Shown: piece by piece, positions 33,203 to 34,869 of the stretch
Layout of the letters: each line of letters starts with the position of its first letter
Numbering within the stretch: position 1 is the stretch's first letter
NCBI GenBank assembly: GCA_036271915.1
Contig: DATAZS010000008.1
Span: forward strand, 1-34,869
DNA length: 34,869 nucleotides
Origin: Polyangia bacterium
GTDB lineage: Bacteria; Myxococcota_A; Polyangia; Fen-1088
Direction: 5' to 3'
Made by a program: the position numbers and the translations under genes
The notes under the pieces: generated by a model
Databases searched by the model: none
The model's input: the letters and a program-made list of their open reading frames with translations, nothing else
What the model was told of the DNA's origin: nothing

Positions 33203-33814
33203 TCAGGGCTCCTGGCCGCAGACGACCTGTTGGAATCCGTTGGGAAGCGTACGGCAGCTCACGGGAGCGGCATTGTTGCAGTACCAGTATGCTTCGCATT
33301 CAGCGTACGAGCCAGGGAACGGTACGATGCAGCTCTCGGGCAAGTGAGCGCAGCGTGGATGGAACTGGGGCAGCCACGCCTCGCTTTGATGCCCGCTAAC
33401 CTCCATCTGGCAGAGGTTCGGATATATAACACCATCACAGCCAAGCACCGGAGCATTCTGATTGCAGTCGCCGTTGAAAAACCCGCCTGCGCGCCAACAG
33501 ACGCCGACGTCTTGACCGCCCTCATGCCGTCCGCATGCGTCGCCGTCATAGTAGCAATAGAGGTTCTGGCCATTGGCGGCGAAGCCGCAATACGTTCCCG
33601 TGTCGCCGCCGCATGGCGCCCATAAGCTCTGAGTGTAGCAGTCGGATCCCCCGGGACAGTCGCCGGGCGGGGGCGCGGCGTCGCCGGCGTCGCCGGCGTC
33701 GCCGGCGACGCTATCGTAGACGTCGGACTCGCCGTGACCGCCATAGGAACAGGCTGCGACCGACGCGGCCACAAAGAGCAGAGCGCGAACACGCGCGCCA
33801 GGACTGCGCGACAT
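33203..33814 (-). CDS. Cys-rich secreted lipoprotein Z3 with Kazal-like core, subtype 2 (203 aa)
   Basis: ATG 33814 shares 1 nt with the X3 stop (TGATG). The signal is MSRSPGARVRALLFVAASVAACS. The Kazal-like block is GDCNQNAPVLGCDGVIYPNLCQME and the C-terminus is RTLPNGFQQVVCG. The track ORF extends to 34084 as an Arg-rich artefact. Confidence 0.75.
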   Translation of the reverse strand: MSRSPGARVRALLFVAASVAACSYGGHGESDVYDSVAGDAGDAGDAAPPPGDCPGGSDCYTQSLWAPCGGDTGTYCGFAANGQNLYCYYDGDACGRHEGGQDVGVCWRAGGFFNGDCNQNAPVLGCDGVIYPNLCQMEVSGHQSEAWLPQFHPRCAHLPESCIVPFPGSYAECEAYWYCNNAAPVSCRTLPNGFQQVVCGQEP

Positions 33815-34164
33815 CAAAGCGGACTCCAGTTGAACTTGTGGAGGACCTGAACGAGCGCGCCGAAGGTAAAGAACTCTGGCCGCCAATAGCTGCGGCCTTT
33901 CTTCGTTTGAGCTTGGGTGTGCGCATCGCTCTCGGAATTCGCGTCGAGGCACATGATGGTATTGCCGGCGAAGAACTCTTCGTGCTTCGTCGGAGCGAAC
34001 TCGAGCGAGACCGTCGGCCCACCCGCGAAGCCCCGCACGTCCATCATCGGCCAGAGCGCGCGGCAGCGCTCGAGGTCGAGCCACGCCGCGGCGTCTTGGA
34101 CGACGGACGCGTTGATGCTGCCGCGGATGTGCGTCCAGTCCTGAAGGCAGGCTGCGTGGGGCAT
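33814..34164 (-). CDS. Cassette gene X3, the only intact X copy (116 aa)
   Basis: ATG 34164 lies 4 nt after the Y3 stop, and third positions are G/C-rich. The product is MPHAACLQDWTHIRGSINASVVQDAAAWLDLER...GRSYWRPEFFTFGALVQVLHKFNWSPL. It shares both termini with X1 and X2, but the centre is different and shorter. Confidence 0.7.
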   Translation of the reverse strand: MPHAACLQDWTHIRGSINASVVQDAAAWLDLERCRALWPMMDVRGFAGGPTVSLEFAPTKHEEFFAGNTIMCLDANSESDAHTQAQTKKGRSYWRPEFFTFGALVQVLHKFNWSPL

Positions 34165-34168
34165 CGCG

Positions 34169-34532
34169 TCACCAAGGGCCGGGGTTCAGAGTGACGCAGA
34201 TCTGCAGCGTCATCAAGGTCGCCGCCATCGCGACGGGGTTCAGCTGGCAGCGCGTCTTCGGGCGCGGGCCGCGGTCGGACGTACAGGCAGAGCCCGCCCG
34301 CGAACGGCACGTGCCGGATCTGCTGCAGGCCGCGCGCGGGCGTGCTCGCGAAGGTCCAGCTGGCGACGCTCCAGCGGGCGCTGAAGTTGCCCGGGTCCTT
34401 CGACGGGCCGGACGGGATGTTCAGCGTCGGCTGTAGCGACGAGCTCGCCTGCGGCGGGACAGGCGACGGCCCGCTCAGGTCGCGCGGCTCCTTCGAGGGC
34501 CAGCGTACGTTCGCGTAAGGCAGAATCGTCAA
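34169..34532 (-). pseudogene. Cassette gene Y3, frame broken by a 25-nt insertion relative to copy 1
   Basis: A TTG start lies 1 nt after the Z4 stop. The strongly coding frame gives TILPYANVRWPSKEPRDLSGPSPVPPQASSSLQPTLNIPSGPSKDPGNFSARWSVASWTFASTPARGLQQIRHVPFAGGLCLYV. Codon bias then moves to the +1 frame near 34277-34281 (DRGPRPKTRCQLNPVAMAATLMTLQICVTLNPGPW, stop 34169). The span is 364 nt, and 364-1 is divisible by 3. Confidence 0.5.
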
Positions 34533-34533
34533 C

Positions 34534-34869
34534 TCAGGGCTCCTGACCGCAGACGACCTGTTGGAATCCGTTGGGGAGCATACGGCAGCTCACGGGAGCT
34601 GCATTGTTGCAGTACCAGTATGCTTCGCACTCAGCGTACGAGCCAGGGAACGGTACGATGCAGCTGTCGGGCAAGTGCGCGCAGCGTGGATTGGACTGGG
34701 GCAGCCACGCCTCGCTTTGATGTCCGCTCATCTCCATCTGGCAGAGGTTCGGATATATAACGCCATCACAGCCAAGCACTGGAGCAATCTGATTGCAGTC
34801 GCCGTTGAAGAAGCCACCTGCACGCCAACATACGCCCAGGTCTTGGCCGCCCTCGTGTCGTCCGCATGC
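34534..34869 (-). CDS. Cys-rich secreted lipoprotein Z4, subtype 2; 5' end cut by the window edge
   Basis: The frame is open to nt 34869. The product ACGRHEGGQDLGVCWRAGGFFNGDCNQIAPVLGCDGVIYPNLCQMEMSGHQSEAW...NGFQQVVCGQEP is near-identical to Z3. Confidence 0.75.
   Translation of the reverse strand, partial: ACGRHEGGQDLGVCWRAGGFFNGDCNQIAPVLGCDGVIYPNLCQMEMSGHQSEAWLPQSNPRCAHLPDSCIVPFPGSYAECEAYWYCNNAAPVSCRMLPNGFQQVVCGQEP

Larger units (their letters stand above)
30678..34869 (-). repeat. Tandem array of a diverged three-gene cassette (Y, X, Z); 3 full periods plus a partial copy at the window edge
   Basis: Z stop codons fall at 30678, 32110, 33203 and 34534, giving periods of 1432, 1093 and 1331 nt. 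The junction sequences are conserved: Z stop-G-(G/T)TG Y start; Y stop TGA-CGCG-ATG X start; X stop/Z start TGATG or ATGA. Confidence 0.85.

Noticed and set aside
33680-33707. Short 9-nt repeat (gtcgccggc x3) in Z3
   Set aside because: It simply encodes GDAGDAGDA in the linker after the lipobox. This is low-complexity linker and not a separate element.
1-34869. Mobile elements, prophage structural genes, tRNA or rRNA genes
   Set aside because: No transposase, integrase or recombinase motifs appear in any credible ORF. I saw no terminal inverted repeats and no cloverleaf-like sequence in the few non-coding gaps.

Overview
High-GC bacterial chromosomal segment. The gene content and protein style suggest Myxococcota, Sorangiineae-like; this is inference. 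The clues are lipoproteins with Gly/Ser/Thr linkers, Cys-rich secreted modules, and long same-strand operons with 1-4 nt start/stop overlaps. Layout, left to right. (1) A large helical protein of unknown function runs in from the left edge, followed by about 1 kb with no convincing ORF. (2) A translationally coupled trio: lipoprotein, di-haem cytochrome c peroxidase family protein, paralogous lipoprotein (2.6-7.3 kb). (3) A minus-strand group: M61-like/PDZ peptidase, cytochrome P450 and a small tail-anchored protein. (4) A long minus-strand block from 23.7 to 11.9 kb. It holds a complete Bat/MoxR-type operon (MoxR ATPase, DUF58, DUF4381, BatA, BatB, BatD, BatE-like), then an OmpR-type response regulator, a histidine kinase and a ClC channel with CBS domains. 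(5) A divergent Asp-box (BNR) propeller lipoprotein. (6) An accessory-looking minus-strand block from 34.9 to 25.1 kb. Its downstream part is a LamG-type lipoprotein and a coupled three-gene module: an unknown protein, a LysM plus PG_binding_1 protein, and an 814-aa protein ending in a Gly/Ala-rich membrane hairpin. Its upstream part is a tandem array of a three-gene cassette. Each cassette centres on a Cys-rich, Kazal-like lipoprotein (4 copies, all intact; the last is cut by the window edge). The two small partner genes carry single-base indels or a deletion in most copies. The two best candidates for an undescribed system are the cassette array (30678-34869) and the LysM/814-aa module (25093-28974). 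I found no rRNA, tRNA, CRISPR array, transposase or integrase. Many long Arg/Ala-rich ORFs in the track are antisense or off-frame shadows of real genes and were rejected.
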